Source: a bacterium (GTDB lineage: Bacteria > Babelota > Babeliae > Babelales > JABJEI01). Taken from it: DNA of 64,000 nucleotides. Position 1 is the stretch's first letter. Each line of letters opens with the position of its first letter. The DNA lies in NCBI GenBank assembly GCA_018663245.1, contig JABJEI010000019.1:9129-73128 (forward strand), read 5' to 3'. Position numbers and translations under genes: made by a program. This document shows positions 9,258-18,153 of the stretch, piece after piece. The notes under the pieces are model-generated. The model was not told the DNA's origin and made no database searches. It saw only the letters and a program-made list of their open reading frames with translations.

Positions 9258-9965
9258 ATGCAAAAAAAACATACAAAACTATTACGAACGGGTCTTTTAC
9301 TCTTGGGTATGACCGGAATCATGACTACAAGTACAAGTCATGCAGGTTTACGATCTTGGGCTCGAGAGTCAGTTTTATTTTTTAAAGCATTCTTACGATC
9401 ACCCAAAGAAGTTGGAGCGGTTTTTGCCTGTTCACCTTCTGTTGGCAAAGAGTTAATTCGGTATCTTGATCAGCACGAAGGGCCATGCTCTATTCTGGAA
9501 GTTGGTGCAGGAAGCGGTACTATCTCTCAGGTGATTGCAGATAATATGCGATCAGGTGACCGAGCTGACTTGGTAGAGATTGATTCAGGTTTGTGCCAAC
9601 GACTGCATGAGCGCTTTGACCGTGACTTAGATGTCAATGTTGAGTGTTGTTCTATTCTTGATTGGGACCCTGGCTTTAAGTATGACTTGGTTGTTTGTAC
9701 ATTGCCGTTTGTATCTTTTGAAGCTCCGTTTATCAAACAGCTTTTACAGCATATTAAGCAACTAACAAAACCTGGTGGTCGCATGTCTCATGTTGAGTAT
9801 CTGCTGGTTTCTAACTTAAAAAGGTTGATCCTTTTTGGTGATAAAGGGCGAACCTTCCGTGACTCTCGCGATGTAATGAATGATTTTCTTAATTCGCATG
9901 GTGTTGATAAAGCCATTGTGTGGAGAAATCTACCACCAATAAATATCTTCCACACCAAGCTGTAA
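9258..9965 (+). CDS. Class I SAM-dependent methyltransferase, Sinorhizobium-type phospholipid N-methyltransferase (PmtA)-like
   Basis: FFKAFLRSPKEVGAVFACSP resembles the FFKgwl..PK..G.i.P.S N-terminal signature of rRNA-methylase-like PmtA proteins. SAM motif I ILEVGAGSGTIS. N-terminal hydrophobic or signal-like segment. Strong AAGGAG Shine-Dalgarno sequence. Confidence 0.6.
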   Translation: MQKKHTKLLRTGLLLLGMTGIMTTSTSHAGLRSWARESVLFFKAFLRSPKEVGAVFACSPSVGKELIRYLDQHEGPCSILEVGAGSGTISQVIADNMRSGDRADLVEIDSGLCQRLHERFDRDLDVNVECCSILDWDPGFKYDLVVCTLPFVSFEAPFIKQLLQHIKQLTKPGGRMSHVEYLLVSNLKRLILFGDKGRTFRDSRDVMNDFLNSHGVDKAIVWRNLPPINIFHTKL

Positions 9966-10033
9966 GATTATCAACAGACCTTGAGTGGTGCTAGACTAAT
10001 ATCAAAGGTCTTACATAGCTTAAAAGGGGTTGT

Positions 10034-10519
10034 GTGGTAATTCTTGGTATTGATCCTGGAACACGTTTTACCGGGTATGCTGTGCTTAAAAAACAGAGTA
10101 CCCGGTCTTTTTTGGTGGACCACGGATGTTTGCGTTTAGGTGCAACAAAACCGCTCTTTGAGCGGGTCGGTCTTTTCCATGATTTTTTTGATGAGGTTAT
10201 TCCTAAATGGGGAGTAACACACTGCGCGCTTGAGACTTCGTTTCTTGGCAAGAATGCACAAAACTTTTTGAAGCTTGGGTATCTGCGTGGAATTCTTTAT
10301 CGACTTGCACACAAATACGATTTAGTTTTGCTTGAGTATGCGCCTCGAGAAGTTAAGGTTGCTGTGACTGGCTATGGAGGTGCTAGCAAAGATCAAGTTG
10401 AGCGGGTTGTCCGGCGCCTGTTCCCAGCAGCAAAATTTGAAAAACAGGATGTAAGTGATGCGCTTGCTGTTACCGTGTGTGGGCTATGGAAGGCAAATCA
10501 ACTAAAAATGCTACGCTAG
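10034..10519 (+). CDS. ruvC: Holliday junction resolvase RuvC
   Basis: ILGIDPGTRFTGYAVL catalytic N-terminus and ...DVSDALAVTVC C-terminal acidic motif. 161 aa, GTG start. Confidence 0.9.
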   Translation: MVILGIDPGTRFTGYAVLKKQSTRSFLVDHGCLRLGATKPLFERVGLFHDFFDEVIPKWGVTHCALETSFLGKNAQNFLKLGYLRGILYRLAHKYDLVLLEYAPREVKVAVTGYGGASKDQVERVVRRLFPAAKFEKQDVSDALAVTVCGLWKANQLKMLR

Positions 10520-10745
10520 CGTGACAGACATCTTAATGTTTATTTAGTTGCCATAAAATTTCTTAAAATTGCCAAAAAACAATCAATTGGCGGGCCTTTT
10601 TGAGGGCGTAAAGTCCGAGTATTGGTTTAGCTTTTTTATCTTTTTTTGTAGCAAAAGCTTGATCTCTTGCGCTATTACCTATGGTGCGTTTATTCTAACT
10701 CAAGAGTCAGAGGGGGTACTGGGCTGTTGTTGTTAGGAGATGGCC

Positions 10746-11213
10746 ATGATGAAGCTAACATCCAGAAGTTCGCATGCTGCTTGTCAGCATTACTACGCGG
10801 ATAGGGTGGTGCATGTAACAGGTCAACCAGAAACGGAGGAAGAGATTTTGTCTATGCAAGATCTTTTTCTAACACCAGGCTTCCATTGTTTACAGGTTGG
10901 TTCTATTGAAGAAGCACGTCTGCTGATTGAGCGTTACCTAGTTTCTCTTTTTTGCTTTAAAAATATTGCGGTGGCTACCAGCTTTGATGGCCAGGTTCCA
11001 CTTTCGGCAGTTAATATTTTTGATGAATATCAGCTAAATCAGCATGGAAAGAACACAGCTCAGCATATCGACATGTCGATTACCGAGCTTTTTTACTACG
11101 ATTTTTTGTGGATAGAGGCTGATGGAGAAGTTGCTACTGATCAATTGTATGATGCATTGCGTGCAAGTAATATTCACACTCATACGCCGATTGTTACCTT
11201 TATACTAGATTAG
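10746..11213 (+). CDS. Hypothetical protein (~155 aa), no recognised motif
   Basis: Long ORF. AGGAG lies 6 nt before the ATG at 10746; the ORF track starts at 10740. Confidence 0.55.
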   Translation: MMKLTSRSSHAACQHYYADRVVHVTGQPETEEEILSMQDLFLTPGFHCLQVGSIEEARLLIERYLVSLFCFKNIAVATSFDGQVPLSAVNIFDEYQLNQHGKNTAQHIDMSITELFYYDFLWIEADGEVATDQLYDALRASNIHTHTPIVTFILD

Positions 11214-11221
11214 TAACTTAT

Positions 11222-11527
11222 CTAGTATAGTTGCCAAAACATTCTTTTAATTAGATGTGATTTCATATTATCGATGCTTTTTTCAATAAGCTTTGCAGCG
11301 ACGATAGCAACTGCTGAACCTATCGAAAATTTCATATAATTTAAAATTGGCTGTGAGGCTGGTGCGATTATTGGGCGGCATTGCGTAAGCAGGGAGTTGG
11401 CTGCAGATCCGCATATTTGACCGATTATTGTAGGCGTTATAGCCGATGTGCTGGTTGCTGCACACAGGCTCATAGTTAGCAAAATAATTTTACAGTATTT
11501 TGTAATCTGTTGAGTGAATAACTTCAT
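11222..11527 (-). CDS. Hypothetical small secreted/membrane protein (101 aa)
   Basis: Signal-like N-terminus (KIILLTMSLCAATSTSA) and a hydrophobic C-terminal half. Confidence 0.5.
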   Translation of the reverse strand: MKLFTQQITKYCKIILLTMSLCAATSTSAITPTIIGQICGSAANSLLTQCRPIIAPASQPILNYMKFSIGSAVAIVAAKLIEKSIDNMKSHLIKRMFWQLY

Positions 11528-11561
11528 AAAAATTTTATCTTTCGATGTGCGTGTTATTGTT

Positions 11562-13070
11562 TTAACCTATATTTCGGCGTAGTTTTTTATTGAGACGACT
11601 TCTACGCTTTAGCTTTAGTCGACCATTCCATTCGGAAAGCTTACCTAATAGTTTCTGTACAGTGCTTTTGTTCGCAGCGACAATAGTGGTTATTAAGGCC
11701 GTTTCGGGTGAAACAATGCTTAGTAAGGCTGTGCCGATTGCTAATGCTTGAATGGTGTCGCTGTAGCCTGCTGGATTGTCTTGGGTAGCCGTAGCGACAA
11801 TTTGCAGTTGATCTTTTGTGTCTTTAATCAAAGAAACACCGAGATTCTTGGCTTTGGATGGTATGTTTTTTAGTTGAGCTTTGGTTGGTAATTTATCAAT
11901 TATCATTACAAAAGGCTTTTTGGCGGATTTAATAAGTCCGGTTACTTCTAAGGCAACTTTTTCATAGTCTATAACTTCGTTACGTATCACTTTTTCAAGT
12001 TCTGTGACTTCATTGTAAAGTTTTTTAATAGTTGGCCATGCTCCAGCTCCGATTAGTATTAAGCCACCAATTTTTGGTGAATATAGCAATACTCCTGCAC
12101 TAACAGAGGCTATTTGTAGGGCATTAGATGCTGTTGCTTTGTATGGAGTCAGGGACTTATTTAGTGCCGTATCAAACTCTTTCCATTCTTTTGAACGGGG
12201 CTTTAAACTTTTTGATGGTGTAAGAAGTTTAGTTCCAAGCGTTGGTATTTGATGCTCAGTTAATTTTTTATAAATTTGAGCTACTTGTTGCTTTCCTAAT
12301 TTTCCTGTTAGCTTACTAGCCTTTTTCAGTTCGCTTACAAGGCCGACATTGGCAACTGCGCTTGTGGCGTTATTGCTACCGTTGTTAGGTGTGATTTGAA
12401 TACCACTGGTCGGAATAATAGCGGTATTCGTTTTTTGCAACGGTGTATAAGATGAGCTTATGTTTTGATTGGGCGTCGGTGTAGTTAGTGATACGTTGTT
12501 TAAGCTTTGATTTAGATTGACGTTAGGCAACGATATGTCCGATGTCTCAATCTTGATTATTTTGTTTTTGCCTTTGTTCGAGGCACCACTTTGAGTCGGT
12601 GATGCAAGCAAATGTTCAACTTTAGAAGTGTATTTCTTTAAATATTTTGTGGTAGTTTTGTTTGCGGCCCTGCCGGCATCTTTCCAGGTGGAAGTTGTTG
12701 TCGTAGTGCTTACTTGTGAGCTAGATGACTGATTATTTGAGGTAGTTACCGTTGAATTAGGGTTAGCATTATTTTTGGAATGCCACTTTAAAATATAAGT
12801 AGTAATCCAGGTTGGTATGCTTTCCAAAAGTGTTTTCTTCACTGGATTGATAATGTTGTTTTTTTTGTTAACAACACTATTTTTTATTGATTTAGCTCCG
12901 AAATATCCTAAAATTGCGATAATAGCAGGAATTATGGCAAGGGCAGCAACGGATTTTTTTGATAAACGATGAGTGTGGATAACGCGCTTAATTTGCATGG
13001 CGCTGGTATTATAGGCTACTGTACAGGTGAGGGCGAGTGCAAGCGCGCGCGCGAGATATTTCATTTTCAT
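11562..13070 (-). CDS. Hypothetical secreted protein, Ser/Thr/Asn-rich (502 aa)
   Basis: Signal peptide MKMKYLARALALALTCTVAYNTSA, a TM-like segment, and low-complexity S/T/N tracts. Confidence 0.65.
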   Translation of the reverse strand: MKMKYLARALALALTCTVAYNTSAMQIKRVIHTHRLSKKSVAALAIIPAIIAILGYFGAKSIKNSVVNKKNNIINPVKKTLLESIPTWITTYILKWHSKNNANPNSTVTTSNNQSSSSQVSTTTTTSTWKDAGRAANKTTTKYLKKYTSKVEHLLASPTQSGASNKGKNKIIKIETSDISLPNVNLNQSLNNVSLTTPTPNQNISSSYTPLQKTNTAIIPTSGIQITPNNGSNNATSAVANVGLVSELKKASKLTGKLGKQQVAQIYKKLTEHQIPTLGTKLLTPSKSLKPRSKEWKEFDTALNKSLTPYKATASNALQIASVSAGVLLYSPKIGGLILIGAGAWPTIKKLYNEVTELEKVIRNEVIDYEKVALEVTGLIKSAKKPFVMIIDKLPTKAQLKNIPSKAKNLGVSLIKDTKDQLQIVATATQDNPAGYSDTIQALAIGTALLSIVSPETALITTIVAANKSTVQKLLGKLSEWNGRLKLKRRSRLNKKLRRNIG

Positions 13071-13472
13071 AGCTTTATCCCTAGTTTTATTGAATCCTTT
13101 TATTATCTTCTTTATAACATTAATTATATTCTGTTTGTAAATTTTGTCAAGTTCGGCAGTTTACTAATATTCGCAAGATAGGCCTGTTTGCTAACTTATC
13201 AATATTGCTTCTAAGCGGTGAGCGCTAAAAATGCAGTAAGCGCAACAACAAATGAAGTGTTTTGTATCATGATGGTTTCTAACAAATATATTAAACGTTG
13301 TTAAGCAATAGGGCGCCTAAAAGCGCAATAATTAAAGGTTCCGATAATGATTGTTATGTAAACAGTTGCATTGCACAATGACAGTGGCCAAGGAGCTTAC
13401 CAAACGCTCTTAACACTTTACTACATTTATAAAAGCTTCGCTATACCCTCAAACTCTTATTACTTTGCCAAG

Positions 13473-13500
13473 TTGACATTTTTGACAAGCATGGTAAACT
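13473..13500 (+). promoter_or_regulatory. Sigma70-like promoter for the 79-aa gene
   Basis: TTGACA, 16-nt spacer, TAAACT, about 50 nt upstream of the ATG at 13550. That ATG has a GGAGG Shine-Dalgarno sequence. Confidence 0.5.
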
Positions 13501-13549
13501 AATAACACACGGAAACTGTAAAAAATTATTCTATTAATGGAGGTTCATT

Positions 13550-13789
13550 ATGAAGACTAATAAAAAGCCTGCGATTTTTTATCCAGCTTGCTCTTGCACA
13601 AATAAGAAGCAAAAAACCGATTCCCCTGTTGTTTGTACAAAATTTTCCAAAGAGCTTGGTGAAACTATTTTAAAGCTTTTGCAGGATGCACAAGCTAAGT
13701 CAGCTTCCAAAAAACAAAAAATTCAATCAAAAGTAGATCGATTTGTACTCGCTAGACGTACAACATGGAACGTTTCAGCCCGAGCATAA
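13550..13789 (+). CDS. Hypothetical small basic protein (79 aa)
   Basis: GGAGG lies 6-7 nt upstream of the ATG. Lys-rich, no recognised motif. Confidence 0.55.
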   Translation: MKTNKKPAIFYPACSCTNKKQKTDSPVVCTKFSKELGETILKLLQDAQAKSASKKQKIQSKVDRFVLARRTTWNVSARA

Positions 13790-13797
13790 TATCTCCT

Positions 13798-15507
13798 TTA
13801 TTCCTTCAAAATTCGTTCAACTACCGTATCGATTGCAGCTTGTAGCTGCGGTCGATGCTTTAGTGTCACCTGTTTTTTTGCTTTAGTTACAAAGCTTGCA
13901 AAGTCGGTTTCAAAATCCATTCCATTAAGATGTTCTTTGCTCCATAGCTTCACATCACTTGTAAGCATCTTTTGTATGCGTTCGACGTAATCTATGACTT
14001 TGGTATCAAAATTGCGTGCTGAACGCTTTTTTATTGCCCTAAGCAGATGTAGCGTAAAGAGCGCTAGTCGCATATCAAGGACCCCATTTGTAGAATGAGT
14101 TTTCCAATCTTTTGTTGGTGTAAGCTGTCGTGCGCTTGCGCGGATGACCGTTTTTAGCTGGTCTTGCGAAAAATCATGCTGAAATTCACCCAGTACTAGA
14201 GCTACGAATCCGCTCATCAGTGCTGTTGCTCCTGAAGTTCCGTCCATTAAAATAAAGGTTGGGTTGCCCGATTTGTCGGTGGCTCCGCTGCTGACGATAT
14301 TGGTTCCAGGAAGTAAAAAATCTGGCCCCATTCCAGCCTCGTATTGTGAATACGGTGCAACACTGCACTTACCTGCTTTGCAGTCAAACGCACCTATCGA
14401 AAAATCTACAATCTCTGTTCCGAATCGTGCTGGGTATGATAATCGTGCGGCTTGTTTTGGATTATTTACGTTCCCTGAAGCAACTATCACGTATGGTAAC
14501 TGTTCAAGAGCATTTTTAAATTCTTTGGTTGAGGCAGAGGTTGTATTGAGAGTGTCAGATATCTTTAGGCTTAGATTGGCAATCTGAACATTTAATTCTT
14601 TTGCTCTGATCAGTGCTCGTGTAATAATCGATTTTCGACTATCGCCGTTATGATCAAATGCTTTTATCATGTACGCATCTATGTTTGGTGCCAGGCCAAC
14701 AATTCCCCAATCTCCTTTAGGTACAAAGTCTCCTTTGTCTGAGCTGTCGTGTCCGTTTATAAGACCTGCGATGTAGCTGCCGTGATTGCCCATTATTGGG
14801 CCAATGGCAAGGTGTGCGGTGGGGATAAACTGTACAACTGCAGGAGTTTTTTCGCTTGCTAACTGTGCAACATCAAAGTGCGCTTTTTTATTACAAGGTT
14901 TAATGCCCTCTTTACCGAATGCGACTATTTGTACGGCCGCAATTCCGGCTTTGGTAAGCTTTGCTCCGCTGTGCATGCTGGGTTTGCCGTATTTAATAAG
15001 CAATGAGTTTAGCGATTTTGTTGTGTTGTCGGTCACAACTTCTTCGATAAATTGTGACGCTAGTGCATGTAAATTTGGTATTTCAGAGATTTTTGCATAA
15101 GGCTCGAGAAGTTCCTTGATATGCTCGATTGGATCTTTACCGTGCAGGCTTACAAGGTTTAGGTTCAAAGTTGGTAAAGCCTTGTTGTGGGCCAGATCTG
15201 GATGGGCAACTTGCTTTTGCCCGGAGTTGGAAAAGGTAAACCCTGCAACGCCGGTATCAATAATCGCAACACTTACACCTAGACCTTTTGTAGGAGCGAG
15301 CTCCCATAGCATGAATTGGTGGGGTAAATAAGCGTAATTTACTGGTTTGCCTCGCAGCCCAACCGTTGGGAAGTACTGGTGCCAAAAGAAGTCTGATTGA
15401 GCCTTGCGGCCTTCAAAATCATGTATATTGAGAAGTTGTGGTTTTTCTGTGTAGGTGGCCGTAAACAGAAGAAGTAAACTTAAGCTTGCAATAGTTTTTG
15501 CGTTCAT
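13798..15507 (-). CDS. Secreted subtilisin-family (S8) serine protease
   Basis: Signal peptide. Asp/His/Ser triad contexts AIIDTGV, GNHGSYIAGLI and DGTSGATALMSG. Confidence 0.85.
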   Translation of the reverse strand: MNAKTIASLSLLLLFTATYTEKPQLLNIHDFEGRKAQSDFFWHQYFPTVGLRGKPVNYAYLPHQFMLWELAPTKGLGVSVAIIDTGVAGFTFSNSGQKQVAHPDLAHNKALPTLNLNLVSLHGKDPIEHIKELLEPYAKISEIPNLHALASQFIEEVVTDNTTKSLNSLLIKYGKPSMHSGAKLTKAGIAAVQIVAFGKEGIKPCNKKAHFDVAQLASEKTPAVVQFIPTAHLAIGPIMGNHGSYIAGLINGHDSSDKGDFVPKGDWGIVGLAPNIDAYMIKAFDHNGDSRKSIITRALIRAKELNVQIANLSLKISDTLNTTSASTKEFKNALEQLPYVIVASGNVNNPKQAARLSYPARFGTEIVDFSIGAFDCKAGKCSVAPYSQYEAGMGPDFLLPGTNIVSSGATDKSGNPTFILMDGTSGATALMSGFVALVLGEFQHDFSQDQLKTVIRASARQLTPTKDWKTHSTNGVLDMRLALFTLHLLRAIKKRSARNFDTKVIDYVERIQKMLTSDVKLWSKEHLNGMDFETDFASFVTKAKKQVTLKHRPQLQAAIDTVVERILKE

Positions 15508-15637
15508 TGTCTTTGTCCTTTTTCTTGCACCTTACCATTCTGCTTGTACAGAACAAAGGTATTGAGTAGATTTTTTTTAACGAGTCGGTACAATTAACGA
15601 CGTTATAATCAAACTTTTCGTTTTGGATAGGAGCTTT

Positions 15638-15940
15638 ATGAAGCTTAAGGCATTCATTTGTGCTGTGTTGATGGTGACCAGTTCTGCTTTTTCTGTTCGT
15701 GATGATAATCATGCGGCGATGAGGATTGGCGATAAGCTGTGGCAAACGTTAGAGGCAAATGATTCGACATGGACCTTTCGTAGAAATGTGGCAGAATATA
15801 AAAATTTTTGTGATCCATGTCGTAACGAGTGTAAAGATCCTGCCTGCATTACAATTTTTTTAAGTGTAATTGTGGCTGTGGGGATAATTATACTTGGGAA
15901 GTGTAATGGTCTTAAGTTTGACAGTTATAATATTCAATAA
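15638..15940 (+). CDS. Small signal-peptide protein with Cys-rich core and C-terminal TM anchor (100 aa)
   Basis: AGGAG Shine-Dalgarno sequence. MKLKAFICAVLMVTSSAFS signal peptide, FCDPCRNECKDPAC core, and C-terminal ITIFLSVIVAVGIIILG. Confidence 0.6.
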   Translation: MKLKAFICAVLMVTSSAFSVRDDNHAAMRIGDKLWQTLEANDSTWTFRRNVAEYKNFCDPCRNECKDPACITIFLSVIVAVGIIILGKCNGLKFDSYNIQ

Positions 15941-15950
15941 AGGGGTTTCA

Positions 15951-16223
15951 ATGAATAAAGCAAAACGATTAGTCCTCGGGATATTTTTTATTTTTGGCCT
16001 GATCGTAAGCAGTAGTAGCTTTTGCTACGATGATTTGAGAACATTCGGTGATGATACTGCCAAAAACTGGCGTGAAAATAGCCAAAAGTTTGAAGGCCTA
16101 AAAAGGCTAACTCGGGGTTCAGCTCGTTGGTGTTGGAATAATAAGTATGGATTATATCTGATGGTTTTATTGGGTTTGTTGGGTGTAAATGTTGTTGAAA
16201 TTGTTGTTGAGGAGTCACTGTGA
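15951..16223 (+). CDS. Small signal-peptide protein with C-terminal TM anchor (90 aa)
   Basis: MNKAKRLVLGIFFIFGLIVSSSSF signal peptide and C-terminal LYLMVLLGLLGVNVV. Starts 11 nt after the upstream stop. Confidence 0.55.
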   Translation: MNKAKRLVLGIFFIFGLIVSSSSFCYDDLRTFGDDTAKNWRENSQKFEGLKRLTRGSARWCWNNKYGLYLMVLLGLLGVNVVEIVVEESL

Positions 16224-16468
16224 AGAAAATTAATAAACTTTTATTGACGATGCTAGCTCTGTCTGGATTACTTGTCGCAAATAGTTCGTGTGTGATTTAT
16301 AAAAATAATTGTCAACTGCGGCCGCGATTGCCTATGGTTTCTAAAGTTTGTGAGAATCCACAAGTGCCTGTTTATGCTTTAGTTACTGGCGCCAGAGGAC
16401 CGCTTTCAGATAGTGATTTCCCTGTTGAAAGAGCTATAGAAAAGGCCAATGCTTTAAGAGAGGCTTAA
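16220..16468 (+). CDS. Small secreted protein, possibly a lipoprotein (82 aa)
   Basis: GTG start overlapping the upstream stop. N-terminus MKKINKLLLTMLALSGLLVANSSC. Confidence 0.5.
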   Translation: MKKINKLLLTMLALSGLLVANSSCVIYKNNCQLRPRLPMVSKVCENPQVPVYALVTGARGPLSDSDFPVERAIEKANALREA

Positions 16469-16568
16469 CGTAAACAAAATGAATCCAATTTAGCAGCGTT
16501 AGCGTTAAGCAAGAAACAAAACAGCAAAGATTAATTTTTTTACAGCTTAGCAATGAGCTACTGTTAGA

Positions 16569-16597
16569 CTGGATCCCTGTTCAAAGCCGGGGATGAC
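16569..16597. repeat. 29-nt hairpin repeat unit (reverse complement of the unit at 48623-48651)
   Basis: ctggatccctgttcaaagccggggatgac compared with gtcatccccggctttgaacggggatccag gives 1 mismatch. Internal 7-bp stem ATCCCCG/CGGGGAT. Confidence 0.8.
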
Positions 16598-16831
16598 AAA
16601 AGGAATAATTTTTTCAACAAGCCTTTCGCTAATGACGGGTAGCGTTAAGACGAACTCAACATAGTTTATTTTTAGAGGCTTTAGCGAATAGATCTTTCCG
16701 TTATCTTAAAGCAGGATTACCAAGTTCATAACCGTTAATACACTAAAAAGGTTTTTTTTAAAATGAGAAAGCCTTTGTCGTGTACAGACTAATTTCTCAT
16801 TTTACCTAAACTTTGATCGCGTAATAAAAAA

Positions 16832-16861
16832 CCACCGCGTTGACCAAGGTCGTCGCGGTGG
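16832..16861 (-). terminator. Rho-independent terminator on the minus strand, ~200 nt downstream of recF
   Basis: ccaccgcg..(gacc-aa-ggtc)..cgcggtgg hairpin followed on the minus strand by TTTTTTATT. Confidence 0.65.
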
Positions 16862-17058
16862 AAAAAGGAGAGTAGTAATGAAGCTTAAACTAGACAAATT
16901 TAGCTAAAAATAACTAAGTTTGCCATAAAAATCAACTTGTTATTGCAGAGCAATAAAAACCGAAAACGCCTAAGCCAATCACACTGAATAGTCTAATCTT
17001 TTTTAGTCATTTGTCAACTTGTCTGAATATACGCTAATTACTTTATTTGAAGAGTTAT

Positions 17059-18144
17059 TCAGTCAGCCAACTTAACGATGCAAGGGGCTGTTTCGGGTGC
17101 CAAATATTGCTGTAATGGACAGGATGCCGGGTGGGTGAAAAAAGTCTGCGTATCAAGCTCATAAATCAATTTTGCTAACTGTTTTTGACGTGTTGGGTCA
17201 AAGTCGGTTATAAAGTCATCAAGTAGCAAGAGTGTCGGCCCGCGACGGTCTGTGATTTCTTGCAATAGACCAATTTTTAAAAGCAGAGCAATTAATTTTT
17301 GTTGCCCTCGTGAAGCGTACAATCGCGACCGTTTGTTGGCAAAGGTGATAAGTACATCATCAAGGTGGGAACCAAACTGTGAACGTCCGAATCGTTTTTC
17401 TTGCTCAAAGAGTGCTATTGAGCTGTCCAAAAACTCTTGATAGGACTGTTGCTGGTTGTAACGTTTTGGCTGATAGCTGCATTTAATTGTGATTGGGTCA
17501 TCAAAATAGCGTTGTATTAGCTTGTTTACTCTTTCTTGGCACTTAGCAAGGAGTCCTGCTCGAGCTTGTTGTATTAGGCGTGCTTGGTCCCATAACTTGC
17601 GAGTCCAAACCGTCCCGTGCTCGTTAGAGGGGTTGCCTCCTTGATATAGAAAAGCATTTCGTTGTTCCAAAATCTTTTTGTAAGTACGGACCTGCTGTGG
17701 GTAGTCTGCTTCAATTAAGAGCAGGCCATGGTCCAGAAATGAGCGGCGTTGTTCAGGACTACCCGTAACCAACGACAGGTCATCTTCGGTCATTAAAACA
17801 ACGCGATAATGGTCAACTAACTCTTTGAACGACTCGACAGCCTTGCCGTTCATTTTTACAATTCGCTTGTCAGCAGAGAAGCCTACCTCAATTGTAAGTG
17901 GCTGGCCTTGGTCATCTTCTAGAGCAAGCGAAATATGGAATGCTTGTTGATCAAACTTGACCATCTGTTTGGGACTGGCACATCTGAATGAGCGTAGAAA
18001 GCAGCTGTAGTACATCGCCTCAAGCAGCGATGTTTTGCCAGATCCGTTGTCACCTTCAATGAAGACAAGCTTTTTTTGGTCGAAGGTGACACTTTTTTTA
18101 TCAAAAGATCGGAAGTTAGTGCATGTCATGCGTTGCAGGCGCAT
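17059..18144 (-). CDS. recF: DNA replication and repair protein RecF
   Basis: 361 aa. Walker A GDNGSGKTSLLEAMYY. SMC-like signature region GQQKLIALLLKI. Walker B LLLLDD. Confidence 0.88.
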   Translation of the reverse strand: MRLQRMTCTNFRSFDKKSVTFDQKKLVFIEGDNGSGKTSLLEAMYYSCFLRSFRCASPKQMVKFDQQAFHISLALEDDQGQPLTIEVGFSADKRIVKMNGKAVESFKELVDHYRVVLMTEDDLSLVTGSPEQRRSFLDHGLLLIEADYPQQVRTYKKILEQRNAFLYQGGNPSNEHGTVWTRKLWDQARLIQQARAGLLAKCQERVNKLIQRYFDDPITIKCSYQPKRYNQQQSYQEFLDSSIALFEQEKRFGRSQFGSHLDDVLITFANKRSRLYASRGQQKLIALLLKIGLLQEITDRRGPTLLLLDDFITDFDPTRQKQLAKLIYELDTQTFFTHPASCPLQQYLAPETAPCIVKLAD

Positions 18145-18153
18145 GTTATCGGC

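Noticed and set aside
10595-10615. GAGGGCGTAAAGTCCGAG, resembling the RNase P RNA GAGGAAAGTCCGGGC motif.
   Set aside because: The intergenic space is only ~220 nt and lacks the other universally conserved RNase P elements (for example ACAGAA.CCGGCTTA).
12974-12982. A perfect DnaA box (TGTGGATAA), with near-boxes (ATATCCACA) at ~56368 and ~60337; also considered oriC at the dnaN upstream gap (19288-19382).
   Set aside because: These are single isolated boxes inside coding sequence or the duplicated gene end. No clustering or AT-rich unwinding element occurs next to dnaN.
13211-13270. A 19-aa hydrophobic minus-strand ORF (MIQNTSFVVALTAFLALTA) in the 480-nt gap, as a possible type I toxin or small membrane peptide.
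   Set aside because: It has no Shine-Dalgarno sequence, promoter or antisense partner that I could identify. A neighbouring similar ORF lacks an ATG. Evidence is too weak without expression or conservation data.
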